Origin: Octopus sinensis
Taxonomy: Eukaryota
Direction of reading: 5' to 3'
DNA: 64,000 nt
Assembly (NCBI RefSeq): GCF_006345805.1
Contig: NW_021832981.1
Span: 3,712 to 67,711 of the forward strand
Both the position numbers and the translations under genes were made by a program. Under the pieces are notes generated by a model that was not told the DNA's origin, made no database searches, and worked only from the letters and a program-made list of their open reading frames with translations. Shown piece after piece: positions 24,516-37,236 of this stretch (position 1 is its first letter; each line of letters opens with the position of its first letter).

Positions 24516-25597
24516 CTGAAACATATAAAAATGAAAAAAAAAAATCTGGTAGTTTTCGTATGACCATTTCCTGTTTCCAAAGAATTATACGTAAATTGCA
24601 GTTGAAAAATTAAAAATAAATACATGCATTGACATGAAAAATCAGGCTCTTAAAATAGAAGAGAAAGGTTCTACAGATTTTTATGAGAGACATATAGTTA
24701 ATTCGCGTTGCGTTAGGATGTGATTTCGATTACGGGACCGGGCTCTGCGTTGCGTGCTTGAGCAAGCCACTTTATGTTACGTTGCTCTAGCTACTAAATG
24801 AATACTAGAATCACTTAAGAATTCGGGTTATTGTGACACGTGTCCTGTTCCCTGAGAAGTCCGGTATTTTCAGTCGTTTAAACGCATTGAAAACTGCTAT
24901 ACTACCCGGCTTAACAGATCTAGGTTCGATACCTGCACTTTAACCTTTATAGATTTTTTTACATAGTTTGTGGATATTAAATTTCTTTTTAAATAATATT
25001 TCTTGTTTTTGTATAGTAATTCACTGAAGTTTATGGCTTACTTAGTTTATCGATTCTAAAAGGAGTTTTAAGGTAAAATTAGTCCTGGGCAAATAAAACT
25101 TATAATATAACAACAATATTTGATCACCTGAAAATGAAAATGACTATATCTAAAACAGGTATTATAGCATCTATATTTGAGAATTTCTTAATTGTTATCA
25201 GAGTGAGAAGTGAAATTAATCCGAGCGTTAATTGATCCTTAAATGGAATCCCCAAACTTCTTAATTCTGCTCTTTATCATCAAATTGTTCTTAATTGCCC
25301 GGTTAGCAATTTGTATAGTTGCCTCGTAAATAAAAGGTCTAGAGTAGGCACCATCCCAACATATGAGTAGTAAACGTTTACTGTTTATGTAACAATCATT
25401 ACAGTAGTAGTTTACTGCGACACACATAAAGCTGATTATCGGATTTGTAATATGACAAATCACAGGGATCCTAGGGAAACCAATAATTCCATAGGCGTTT
25501 AACTGTGAAGCGAAATCACTGTTAATTCAGGCAAATTCCGCTGTCGATCGAGACGTCTAAAAAGAAGACGACATTGCAGGGCATAGAAAAATTGAGG

Positions 25598-26167
25598 GCA
25601 TACCCAAAAGGCGAGTAGTTTGGGGGAGGGGTTAGCCGATTATAGTGACCCCCAATATTCAATTGGTACTTATTTTATCGATCCCGAAAGGATGAAAGGC
25701 AAAGTCGACCTCGGCGGATTTTGAACTCAGAACGTAACGGCAGACGAAATACCGATTTCTTTACTACCCACAAGGGGCTAAACACAGAGATGAGAAACAA
25801 GGACAGACAAACGGATTAAGTCGATTATATCGACCCCAGTGCGTAACTGGTTCTTGTTTAATCGACGCCGAAAGGATGAAAGGCAAAGTCGACCTCGGCG
25901 GAATTTGAACTCAGAACGTAACGACAGACGAAATACCTATTTCTTTTTTACCCACAAGGGGCTAAACACAGAGGGGACAAACAAGGACAGACAAACGGAT
26001 TAAGTCGATTCTATCGACCCCAGTGCGTAACTGGTTCTTGTTTAATCGACGCCGAAAGGATGAAAGGCAAAGTCGACCTCGGCGGAATTTGAACTAAGAA
26101 CGTAGCGATAGACGAAATACTGCTAAGCATTTCGCCCGGCGTGCTAACGATTCTGCCAGCTCGCCAC
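25598..26167 (-). mobile_element. SINE-B array: head-(body-tail1)x2-body-diverged tail2
   Basis: Three cores at about 185-bp period; junctions AAAGAAAT(C/A)GGTATTTCGTC at about 25750 and 25935. Confidence 0.92.
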
Positions 26168-26896
26168 TCTTCTACCATTTCTGCCTTCTGTCTACCATTT
26201 CTAATAGGTAAAACATCCTAATCCCTCACTGGGGACAGCCTGATTCATTATGGTGAAGCAGTCGTACCTCGCAATCTTCCAGCCGACAATATCGCACCAA
26301 GTATAGTAATATGAAGTCCATACATTATTAAGAGATAGACTACCACCATCTTTTATAACGAGATTTCGAAAGAAGCGGACGGGAAAAAGACGTATTCAGA
26401 CGACGCAAGACTTTCACACCAGAATTATTTTGCCTTTGTGAATGATACGCTTCACTGTTGTCAAACTACGACAGCGTTCATGACAGAGCATATTGTCATC
26501 AATATCAATGTAGAAGAGGTTGAAAACAAGAATTTCCAGCGAGAAGATGGATGATCATTTAAATGCTAGACAATATATCTTGGGAATTTACATACGAGCC
26601 ATTCATCATTTCCTGACACGACAAATGAAGTATCAATAAGAGAGAATTGTATTGCGGTCATCTTGAAGAGTTAAAAGAAAATATTCATAGCGCCATTGCT
26701 AAGAATGCAAAGAAAAAAAAAAGGTAGGGTGTTGCAGAATCTTAACTCTTTTGAGACACAAGGTGTTTTGGTATGTGTACACAAACGACCAATCTTTTTT
26801 TTTTTTTTCTCTGTTGCGATACATGTTCTGAAAGACGATCTCTGATTAGCTATTACACATCAAAACCAACCATTCACAACATTTGTTCTATCGGGA

Positions 26897-27267
26897 CGGC
26901 AGAAACGTTAGCGCGCTACGTTCTGAGTTCAAATTCCGCCGAGGTCGACTTTGCCTTTCGCCTTTCAGGGTCGATAAATTAAGTACCAGTTACGCACTGG
27001 GGTCGATATTATCGTATTAATAGCCATGTCTGTCCTTGTTTGTCCCCTCTATGTTTAGTCCCTTGTGGGTAATGAAGAAATAGGTATTTCGTCTGCCGCT
27101 ACGTTCTGAGTTCAAAATCCGCCGAGGTCGACTTTGCCTTTCATCCTTTCGGGGTCGATAAATAAAGTACCAGTTTCGCACTGGATTCGATGTAATCGAC
27201 TTAATCCGTTTGTCCGTCCTTGTTTGTCCCCTCTATGTTTAGCCCCTTGTGGGTAGTAAAGAAATAT
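26897..27267 (+). mobile_element. SINE-B array: head-(body-tail1)x2
   Basis: Junction AAGAAATA|GGTATTTCGTC at about 27082. Confidence 0.9.
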
Positions 27268-27426
27268 ACATAATCTGAGATGATATGGGGAACTAGCTTA
27301 ACAAAATAGTAGTTTACATTGGTACTAAGACAAGTTTGTTCAGTAAATGTTGAAAGATAAGGGAAAATATGCAGAAAAATAATTAACATAAGGAAACGAT
27401 TCATCATAACTATATTATCCCGAACG

Positions 27427-27810
27427 TGGAGGCGCAATGGCCCAATGGTTAGGGCAGCGGACTCGCGGTCATAGGATCGCGGTTTCGATTCCCAGACCGG
27501 GCGTTGTGAGTGTTTATTGAACGAAAACACCTAAAAGCTCCACGAGGCTCCGGCAGGTGATGGTGGTGATCCCTGCTGTACTCTTTCACCACAACTTTCT
27601 CTCACTCTTACTTCCTGTTTCTGTTGTACCTGTATTTCAAGGGGCCGGCCTTGTCACTCTCTGTGTCACGCTGAATATCCCCGAGAACTACGTTAAGGGT
27701 ACACGTATCTGTGGAGTGCTCAGCCACTTACACGTTAATTTCACGAGCAGGCTGTTCCGTTGATTCGGATCAACCGGAACCCTCATCGTCGCAACCGACG
27801 GAGTGCTTCC
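27427..27810 (+). mobile_element. SINE-A, full length, 13-bp TSD
   Basis: ATTATCCCGAACG at 27414-27426 and 27811-27823. Confidence 0.94.
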
Positions 27811-28731
27811 ATTATCCCGAACGAAGAGATGGAAGTTACAATATCACTTGGACTTGGATTTGAACTCAGAACCTAACAAAGAGATATGAGCCCTTGCAAG
27901 TTTTTTGAAAACAGTTTTGAATATTTATTCCTACATAAGGTGTCGAGTTGGCAGATTCGTTACTGCACCGGGCGAAAATGTATGTCCTGATTTGGTCGTT
28001 CTGAGTTCAAATTCCGCCGACGCCGATTTTAGTTTTTATCCTTTAGATGGTGGTGGTGGGGGTCGATAAATTAAATACGGGTGAAACACTGGAGTCGATG
28101 TAATCTACGTACCAAAGCTTGAAACCAGTATTCATTCCAGCAATAACTATTTCTTATTTAGATACAAAGGCAGCAAATGTTAGGAAAGTTAACTAAAAAT
28201 TACTATCGATTTAGGACTTGACTGGGTTCTTTATTTGATCGACCCCCACAAAGGATGAAAGGCAAAGTTACCCTCGGTGAGATTTGAAATGGGAACATAA
28301 AGACTCGGAAGAAAATAGCATAAAATATTTTATCCCACACTTCGAAACTTTTACCCTCTCGGGTCACCCAGGCCGATTGATCGGCCCAAGTGATACAAGC
28401 TGAAAGAACTTTGTTTAACAGTAAAACAGCAGAATTCTGAAAAATTACTGACGGGCCTATGTCACTATGTCAGTAAATAGTAAGTAAACATGGCTCAGAA
28501 CGGAATATATTTTACCTCGCGGCAAAATAATTTATTCCGGTTTGCGAATTATCCTATTGCACACTTCATCATATTTCACTGTCACTTACAAGTGAGTATG
28601 AATTAGTTATATATACCCGACTCTCGCTAATTGTTCAGTGCGTTTATGTCGTTGCAAGCAAAAATCGATGCTTTCTCGGCACCCTCACTCTTTATCTAGC
28701 GGAGCCTCCAGGATGTGACAGGATTTGTGTG

Positions 28732-29036
28732 TGTATGTATGTATGCGTGAGAGAGAGAGAGAGAGAGAGAGAAAGAAAGAGAGTGTGTGTGTATAAGAGA
28801 AAGTGTCTGTTAGAGAGCGTGTGTGTGAGAGAGAGCGTGTTTATGTGTATGTGAGAGAGTGTGTATGTGTGAGAGAGAGTGTGTGTGTGAGAGAGGCTGC
28901 GTGTGTAAGAGAGATAGAGAGTGTGTGTGAGAGAGAGGGTGTGTGTAAGGGAGAGAGAGTGTGTGTGAGAGAGAGAGAGAGTGTATGTGTGCGAGACAGA
29001 GAGAGAAAGTCTGTATGTGTGAGAGAGAGCGTGTGT

Positions 29037-29069
<33 letters not shown>

Positions 29070-29070
29070 G
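28732..29070. repeat. Mixed (GA)n/(GT)n purine-rich repeat
   Basis: Direct sequence. Confidence 0.92.
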
Positions 29071-30156
29071 AAAAGAGGTGACTTCATCAGCTCACGGCTG
29101 GTGATTATTTACGGTTCAGTAGACTGGGGCAACGTGAGATGAATTGTCTTGAAAGGAAACGGCGTGTGGATCGATCCAGGAATTGAACCCATGATCTCAT
29201 CATCAGTGGAACACCCTTGACGCGTTTTTACTGCTTCCTTTTATATTTTGCTCGTTTCACTTACAATAAGGGAACCATGCCGGGGGCGGTGCCTTGAAGG
29301 GTTTAGTCGAACAAATCGACTCCAGTTATTAGGCGGTGATAGGGGACAGACAGACAGACACAGACACACACATACACGATGGGTTTGCATACAGTTTCTA
29401 CCTACAATTTTAACGTGTACCGCTCAATTTCTCTTTGAGAGTTTGCATTTTTCTTTTTTTTCTTAGTTGTGAACAACTAATTATCAGTTATATATGTGCT
29501 TATGTGTATACACACAATTATATACCTATATATGCCTGCGTAGGGGTGTCTATATGTCTCTGTGTATGAATACACCAGCACGTAAAATATTGTCCTACCG
29601 TTTACACGTACATTAAAGTCCTATGTCATACAATGCTTTTTCATTGAATGTTCAAGATATTTTTGTGTAACACAAGTACAAAGAAAATAAATTTCCTCAT
29701 CCGCCGTGTATCTCGATCTCTTTAAGCTAACGACCTGAAATCAAACTCTGCTGCTGACGAAGATGAAAAACACTCGAAAATCATGGATCAACTTCGTTGT
29801 TGAAATTTTTTGTTGTGTGAGTTTTGTCCTCTTTATGATGTCTATATTTCCACGCGATTGTTTGAAACCTGGACTAATCAGAGAAAAGAACATGCTGCCA
29901 GGAATATTTTACGGCCTAACATTTCCTTTGCTCAGACTTTTCCAGGCTTTTCACTCATCGTTCCAACCTTCTCCGTGCATAGATATTACAAAAGTCCTTC
30001 TTCATATACATAGATTTGGTGATACAAACAGGAAATGAGGACTCAATACATGAGTATGTATATATGTATGCAGGCATGTATGTATGTATATGAATATATG
30101 TATTAATATACATATATATCTGTATATCAATATTTGTATATATGAGGGTATGTCTT

Positions 30157-30233
<77 letters not shown>

Positions 30234-30481
30234 ACACACACACATAATATACATTTCTATACATACATGTATGCATACATACATACATACAGGCTTGCAT
30301 AAACATCGTATTATTAATCGGCATAGGTTACGTAGTGACTGAAAAGTTTGGGATTGTTGGTATGGCTGTTTTTGTATATGTGGAATAGCATCATATCATA
30401 TTCTTTTGATATATATATAAGTGTGTGTGTGTGTATGTATACAATGGATAAATTGTCGCCACTTTATGTTTTTAATATATG

Positions 30482-30519
<38 letters not shown>

Positions 30520-30541
30520 TATGTATGTATATATATACATA

Positions 30542-30589
<48 letters not shown>

Positions 30590-30660
30590 TATATACATAT
30601 GAATTATAAATCTCTGAGTCAGACGTGTAACAGTAGCAGCTCGAAATCGTAAACTGTATT

Positions 30661-30977
30661 TACCACTTAAATGTGGCGGACCGACTGAGGACGATGCTAC
30701 TGTTGTTTATAGCCCCAGGAAGACATCTCCTCCAGCCGGCTAACGACACACAATCGGTGTCCGATTAGTATTTGCGAGGGGAAATCTTCGTTCCAATCTC
30801 TAGCCTTACGTGATACACACGTACCCGGGTTTCTGAGAAGTAACCCGTCATACATACGCTGACGCACATATTAATCGGACACAGATAATATGTCGTTAGC
30901 TAGCTGGATGAGATGTCTTCCTAGGGCTATAAATAAGAGTAGCATCGTTCCCTATGGGTCCATCACATTTAGGTAGG
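30661..30977. mobile_element. Fold-back/MITE-like element with about 115-bp diverged inverted arms
   Basis: 30661-30776 vs reverse complement of 30863-30977 (e.g. ACGATGCTACT, TTTATAGCCC, AGGAAGACATCTC, GCTAACGACA, GTGTCCGATTA). Confidence 0.8.
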
Positions 30978-31571
30978 AAATATACTTCACGATATATATA
31001 CAAATGTGTGTGTGTGTGTGTATAATTATATTTATAAGTAACCATACATATATTCTATATCATAGATATGCGTATATATGCATATATATTATACATACAT
31101 ATTCACACACATACATATACACACACACACACACACACATACATACACACATATATGTATACATGTATCGGTTGTATGATAAAAGAAAAATCAAGGATTT
31201 GACATTTTCAGTCAGGTACAGAAGAAGCATAATAAAGAAAAACGAAAATAGTAAGGAATCTGCCAAAAAAGAAAATGGTATTAGAATGGCAAGACTGTCC
31301 ACCACAATAAATAAAATTGTCATGAACTGTTTATTATATCTGCCAGCGACAATAGCAACACACAACATTGAACAGCTATCAACGAGGTAGACTCTATGTC
31401 ACTTGGCGTCCCACTAGACACGGCAGACATTTTTTTTACCTCTTTTCATATCATAATGCACCTATTTTCTATATGATATTAGATCATAGGTCTGCGCAAG
31501 TAGGTCAGAGTTGGGGATATAAAGCAGTAGCAGCAGTGTCAGTGTTAGTAGTGACAGCAACAACAGCAGCA

Positions 31572-31734
31572 GTGGAGGCGCAATGGCCCAGGGGTTAGGG
31601 CAGCGCACTCGCGGTCGTAAGAACGCGGTTTCGATTCCCAGACCTCGGCGGAATTTGAACTCAGAACGTAGCGGCAGGCGAAATACCGCTAAGCATTTCG
31701 CCCAGCGTGCTAACGCGTCTGCTAGCTCGCCGCC
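31572..31734. mobile_element. Chimera of a SINE-A head (+) and a SINE-B head (-) joined at GACC
   Basis: ...GATTCCCAGACC|TCGGCGGAATTTGAAC...; GACC (31641-44) belongs to both parents. Confidence 0.85.
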
Positions 31735-31751
31735 TCCAAAATTGATTTCAA

Positions 31752-31818
<67 letters not shown>

Positions 31819-31859
31819 TAATAATAATAATAATAGTAATAATAGTAATAATAATAATC

Positions 31860-32105
31860 CTGTCTACTAAAGGCACAAGACCTGAAATTTTCGGAAAGTG
31901 CACTAGTCGATTACATCGACCCCAGTTTTTCACGGTTACTTAATTTACCGACCTCGGGGTCGGTAAATTAAGTAACCGTGAAAAACTGGGGTCGATGGAT
32001 GAAAGGCTAAGTCGAGTTCGGCGGAATTTGAACTCAGAACATGAAGACGGACGAAGTGCTGTGAAGCATTTTTGTCCGGCGTCATTACGGATTCTGCCAG
32101 CTCAC
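31860..32105 (-). mobile_element. SINE-B (tail-2) containing a perfect 40-bp inverted duplication
   Basis: 31914-31953 is the exact reverse complement of 31958-31997. Confidence 0.92.
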
Positions 32106-32159
32106 AGTCTCAACCAGAACGACAATAATGGTAACCGTTACAAGTAGTGACATGCTTAG

Positions 32160-32502
32160 ACACTACTACCATCACCACCGTCGCCGCCGCCACCACCACT
32201 AGATGCTTCATTGGTATTATAGCGCCACCACCAACACCACAACAACAGTAACAACCACCACCACTACCACCACCACAAGCACCAAACGACAATAGCAATA
32301 CCAGCAGCAGTAGCAGCAGCACCTTCATCAACACCACCGCCATGACGCCGCCGCAACCGCCACCACCGCCACCACCACCACCACCGCCACCACCACCACC
32401 ACAACCAGCACCACCAGCACCAGCACCACCACCACAACCACCACAACCAGCACCACCAGCACCACCACCGCCACCACCACCACCACAACCAGCACCACCA
32501 CC

Positions 32503-32533
<31 letters not shown>

Positions 32534-32583
32534 CAACACCACAACCAGCACCAACCACCACCACCGCCACCACCACCACCACA

Positions 32584-32614
<31 letters not shown>

Positions 32615-33000
32615 CAACCACCACAACCAGCACCACCACCACCACCACCACCACCGCCACCACCACCACCACCACCACCGCCACCACCACCACCACAACC
32701 AGCACCACCACCACCACCGCCACCACCACCACCACCACAACCAGCACCACCGCCACCACCACCACCACCACAACCACCACCACCACCACTGCCGCCAACA
32801 CCACCACTACCACCAACTCTACCACCACCGCAGCCGCCGACCCCACCAGCACCAGCACCACCACCACCACCAGCACCAGTACCACCAGCACCACCACCAG
32901 CAGCACCACCATCACTATCTACACAGCAACAACACCAACGACACCAACAACACCATCAACAACAACAGCAGCTGTAGTTGAAAAGTACCAAACGAAAACG
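32160..33000. repeat. GC-rich (CCA)n compound trinucleotide satellite with CAA/GCA interruptions
   Basis: Recurrent CCACCACCACAACCAGCA unit; gives poly-Pro/His/Thr frames on + and poly-Gly/Val/Trp frames on -. Confidence 0.9.
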
Positions 33001-33326
33001 TATAACGGAATGTTTGTGTTGTTTGCTTTGAAAACAGCAATTACATTGTTAGAGAGACGACGATCAATTCCTAAGACAAGACATGTTCTGGCAGCCAACC
33101 TGGCGTCGCCAAACGCCGTAAGTCTGCCATTTCCAAGAGATGACCATCACCATCAATACCACCGCCGCCGCCGCCGCTACCGCCGCCTCCATCACTACTA
33201 ATACTACTACTACTACTACCACCCCTTCTACTAGCACTAATACCAATACTACGATCACAAAAGGAACAGAGCGACCACACACGTATGCTCTCTCTCTCTC
33301 TCACTGACGAACACGCACATACATAG

Positions 33327-33361
<35 letters not shown>

Positions 33362-33444
33362 GCTGCTGCTGCAACTACTGATACTACTACTTATCTGTTT
33401 GCTATTTAATTTCAAAGGCCATTTATTTTTGCCTTGGCGCAAAT

Positions 33445-33455
33445 GTATGAGAATA

Positions 33456-33551
<96 letters not shown>

Positions 33552-33568
33552 GTTTGTCTATCTGTCTA

Positions 33569-33604
<36 letters not shown>

Positions 33605-33705
33605 TCCGAGTGGATAGCGCTACAGAAGATTTGGCAGGCTGAAACTGAAAGAAGCCCGTCAAACATACATACATACATACATACAGACATACATACATAC
33701 ATACA

Positions 33706-33735
<30 letters not shown>
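33445..33735 (+). repeat. (ATCT)n, a SINE-C fragment and (ACAT)n
   Basis: GAAACTGAAAGAAGCCCGTC (SINE-C) runs directly into (ACAT)n. Confidence 0.88.
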
Positions 33736-33736
<1 letters not shown>

Positions 33737-34402
33737 GCATTTCGTCCAGGAAGTTAATATTACTCTACCTCCGGTATTCGAGTACTATTTTTCCCAACCT
33801 TGTTTCACATATATGTGATTACTCTGATATGCATACACACATATATACGTGTGTGTGTATGTGTGTGTGTGTGTGTATGTATGTATGTGTGTATGTGTGT
33901 AAAGATATATTGCTTAAGTATTGCGAGTCTAATTACCTGATGTATAACTCAGCCTGATAGACAAATATAGAGTGGTAATAAGAAAAAAAAAAGATGTCAA
34001 AGTAAAAACGATTATGTTATGTAGTTCAGTAGCTTACAGGTGTTTCCGCTATAAGATGCAGTGGACTAATAGTTGAGCGCCTGAATAACACCTTATCACT
34101 TATCGGGGGTAGCATATGGAGTACAGAGCAAAGTGGCAATAATAAATGTCAAAAGAACACGAATTACACAATTAATTAACCTAAAGATCCTCCAGCAAAG
34201 CGAACGAAACAATGCTAACTCGATTATCCTCAGATCCAGAATAAATTTGAGGATGCAGACTGAATATTGGAGTTAACAAGACATCCAGCTAAATATGTTG
34301 AAAGTTCGTGTATTGTAAGTGCGGTGTTGCATTCGTATATATTAACCTGTGTTAATGTTATAGACACACCTCACAAGGGCCAACTAGGCCATTTCTACTT
34401 AC

Positions 34403-34447
34403 TGACTAGACTTGCTAGGAATAACAATGAAATCCCCCTCAAAGCAT
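34403..34447 (-). CDS. Candidate signal-peptide exon of the Ig gene (needs a +1 nt correction)
   Basis: AAAATG, hydrophobic RGISLLFLASLV, perfect phase-1 donor A|GTAAGT, upstream acceptor CCTTCTTTTTTCAG at 34543; the ATG is out of frame by one base in a TTT run. Confidence 0.3.
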
Positions 34448-34587
34448 TTTCGAAAAGATGCTTTTGTAAAGGAAAGAATGACACATTCGGCAGTCTTCCT
34501 AGATATATCCACACGCACGCACATAAATATTTCTAAGTTTAGCTGAAAAAAGAAGGCCTTGTCTTTCTAATACTGACCTGCTTGATT

Positions 34588-35004
34588 TACTCTTTACTCT
34601 TTTACTCTTTTACTTGTTTCAGTCATTTGACTGCGGCCATGCTGGAGCACCGCCTTTAGTCGAGCAACTCGACCCCGGGACTTATTCTTTTGTAAGCCTA
34701 GTACTTATTATATCGGTCTCTTTTCGCCGAACCGCTAAGTGACGGGGACATAAACACACCAGCATCGGTTGTCAAGCAATGCTAGAGGGACAAATACACA
34801 CAAACATATACACACACATACATATACATATATATATATATCCGACAGGCTTCTTTCAGTTTCCGTTTACCAAATCCACTCACAAGGCATTGGTCGGCCC
34901 GAGGCTATAGCAAAAGCCACTTGCCCAAGATGCCACGCAGTGGGACTGAACCCGAAGCCATGTGGTTGGTAAACAAGCTATTTACCACACAGCCACTCCT
35001 GCAC
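34588..35004 (-). mobile_element. SINE-C, full length
   Basis: Head CAGGAGTGGCTGTGTGG, internal CA/TA tract, tail GCTCCAGCATGGCCGCAGTCAAATGACTGAAAC plus (AAAAGAGT)n. Confidence 0.93.
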
Positions 35005-36021
35005 CTGCTTGAATTACGTAAACAATTCAAATAAATCTCAAAGACAAAGATGCTTATATACATACATGCATGTATACTTATACGCACGTATATACTTATG
35101 CATACATATATACATACATGCAAACATTCGTACTTGCGACTACTCATAAGTTTTTTGAGTTGCCGTCGCACCATCAATCAACGTTCGTTGAGAAGAAATA
35201 AGATGCGTTACTTAGCAAAGCTAAACATTAAAAATACATGCTAAATAACAGTATTAATATCACAATTGATTCACTCTGGAGAAAAGTGATAAAGACAATG
35301 AACTATAACAACGAAATTAAAGCAATTGATGCAGAGATAGTGCTGCTGCAACCATTGCACAGACATGCAGTAGACACGAAGAAATAGAAATGAGAGAAGG
35401 CTTCGAAGAGCCTAAAATAAATTTCACTATTTACCTCAACAAGCTACTAAATGAAAGAACGATTTTGACACGAGCATATTGAAGAAAAAAAAAGCGGGGA
35501 GAGATAGAGAAAGAATATATAAAATTGATGCTATCTGTGATCGATCTAATCGTTGAAGAACACCTAGTACAAATTGAAGCTTCCAGTTTTTAGACACTGA
35601 ATATCCTAATGCATTTCTGTTGCAATTATCGTTTGCCAATAGACAGGAGTAACTGAAATCTATCGATTGATAACACAACCAAAATGGATTACTTCTCTCC
35701 AAAACAACATCGATTGACTAACTAGAAACATCGGACAATTGGGTGTACTATCATTAGATGCAAAGTGAATAATGAATTCCTGTAACACTAGCTACGGTGT
35801 TACGATAGACTATCGAAACTGTACTGGAACTGCCATTATTAGACACAGATAAACATGTTGTCCTTAAACATGAAATACGAGTGGTAAGTAAAATGTTTTG
35901 TTATCACAATAAATTACACGGACTTTGGTTATTATCAATCTAAATTTGCATTAAAACCCTCAAACTGTACACCGCAGTATAAACGGCAATATCATCGACG
36001 TTTTATATCCTTCTCAGCATG

Positions 36022-36643
36022 TTGATGTTGCTGTTTGTTCCTCCTCGAGCCATGCCTGGCTCATAAGGGCCGGTTTCCCGGTTTCCTTGGCGTATAGGTT
36101 CCCCACCTGGACGGGACGCCGGTCCGTCGCACTTGAGCTGCAAGATGCAGGAGGAAAGGGTGAGAGAAAGTTGTGGCGAAAGAGTCAGCAGAAGTTTCGC
36201 CATTACCTTCTGCCGGAGCCGCGTGGAGCTTAGGTGCTTTGCGCATAAACACACGATGCTCTAACCACTAAGCCATGGGCCTCCACAGTACGATTTGTAT
36301 ACTGCCCAATTCTTTAAATGAAACATTAATAGTTTGTTGTTTGTTCCTTCTCGAGGCATGCTCTGGCTCATAAGAGCCGGTTTCCCGGTTTCCTTGGCGT
36401 ATAGGTTCCCCACCTGGACGGGATGCCGGTCCGTCGCAGGTGAGCTGCAAGATGCAGGAGGAAAGATTGAGAGAAAGTGGTGGCGAAAGAGCCGGCTGAA
36501 ATTTCGCCATTACCTTCTGCCGGAGCCGCGTGGAGCTTAGGTGTTTCGCTCATAAACACACACATCGTCCGGTCTGAGATTCGAACCCGCGATCTCTCGA
36601 CCGCGATTCCGCTGCTTTAACCACTAGGCCATGTGCCTCCCAC
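36022..36643 (-). mobile_element. Tandem SINE-A2 dimer with a unique spacer, flanked by a single 15-bp TSD
   Basis: ATCCTTCTCAGCATG at 36007-36021 and 36644-36658. Confidence 0.9.
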
Positions 36644-37124
36644 ATCCTTCTCAGCATGATCTGGAGTCATTCCTGTTGAAACAGAATCTGCTATTTAACC
36701 AAGCTGTAATATCGATAAATGAGTTATGGAAGGTAGTACTGAATAGACGTCTTTCCTAAAAGAATGACATCAATTGTGAAGCTCTCTCTCTCAAGATGAT
36801 GCTACGTCATCATCAGCGGCAGTACAAAATGGTCTGTAAGGTCCTACCTTCTCATAAGACACGTCGCTGTTATTATAACTATTATAACTATCTGCAATGC
36901 TTGCCATAGAAAGAATAATCGGGGAAGCCATAGTAAAAACTTAGCAGAACAAGAATGTATCCTTACCTTATAAGGAAAGAATACTGGAAGAACATTGCTT
37001 TAAAAATAGCAATCCTGTGCAAATAAAACATTTATTGACATTCGTCAAAGCTGAGAAGAGACAGACGATGAAATATTGCTCCCAGATATAGGACAGTTAG
37101 GCTCCACAAGTACGACCTTAGTTG

Positions 37125-37236
<112 letters not shown>

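Noticed and set aside
25242-25330. Plus-strand hydrophobic mini-ORF MESPNFLILLFIIKLFLIARLAICIVAS*
   Set aside because: Wrong strand for the Ig gene; AT-rich DNA readily gives such peptides
25598-26167. Regularly spaced repeats superficially like a CRISPR array
   Set aside because: About 185-bp SINE units without unique spacers, eukaryotic context, no cas genes
26200-26680. Possible transposase fossil
   Set aside because: Several stop-riddled frames and no motif I can support
29763-30038. 91-aa plus-strand ORF in unique sequence
   Set aside because: No recognisable domain and no consistent exon chain
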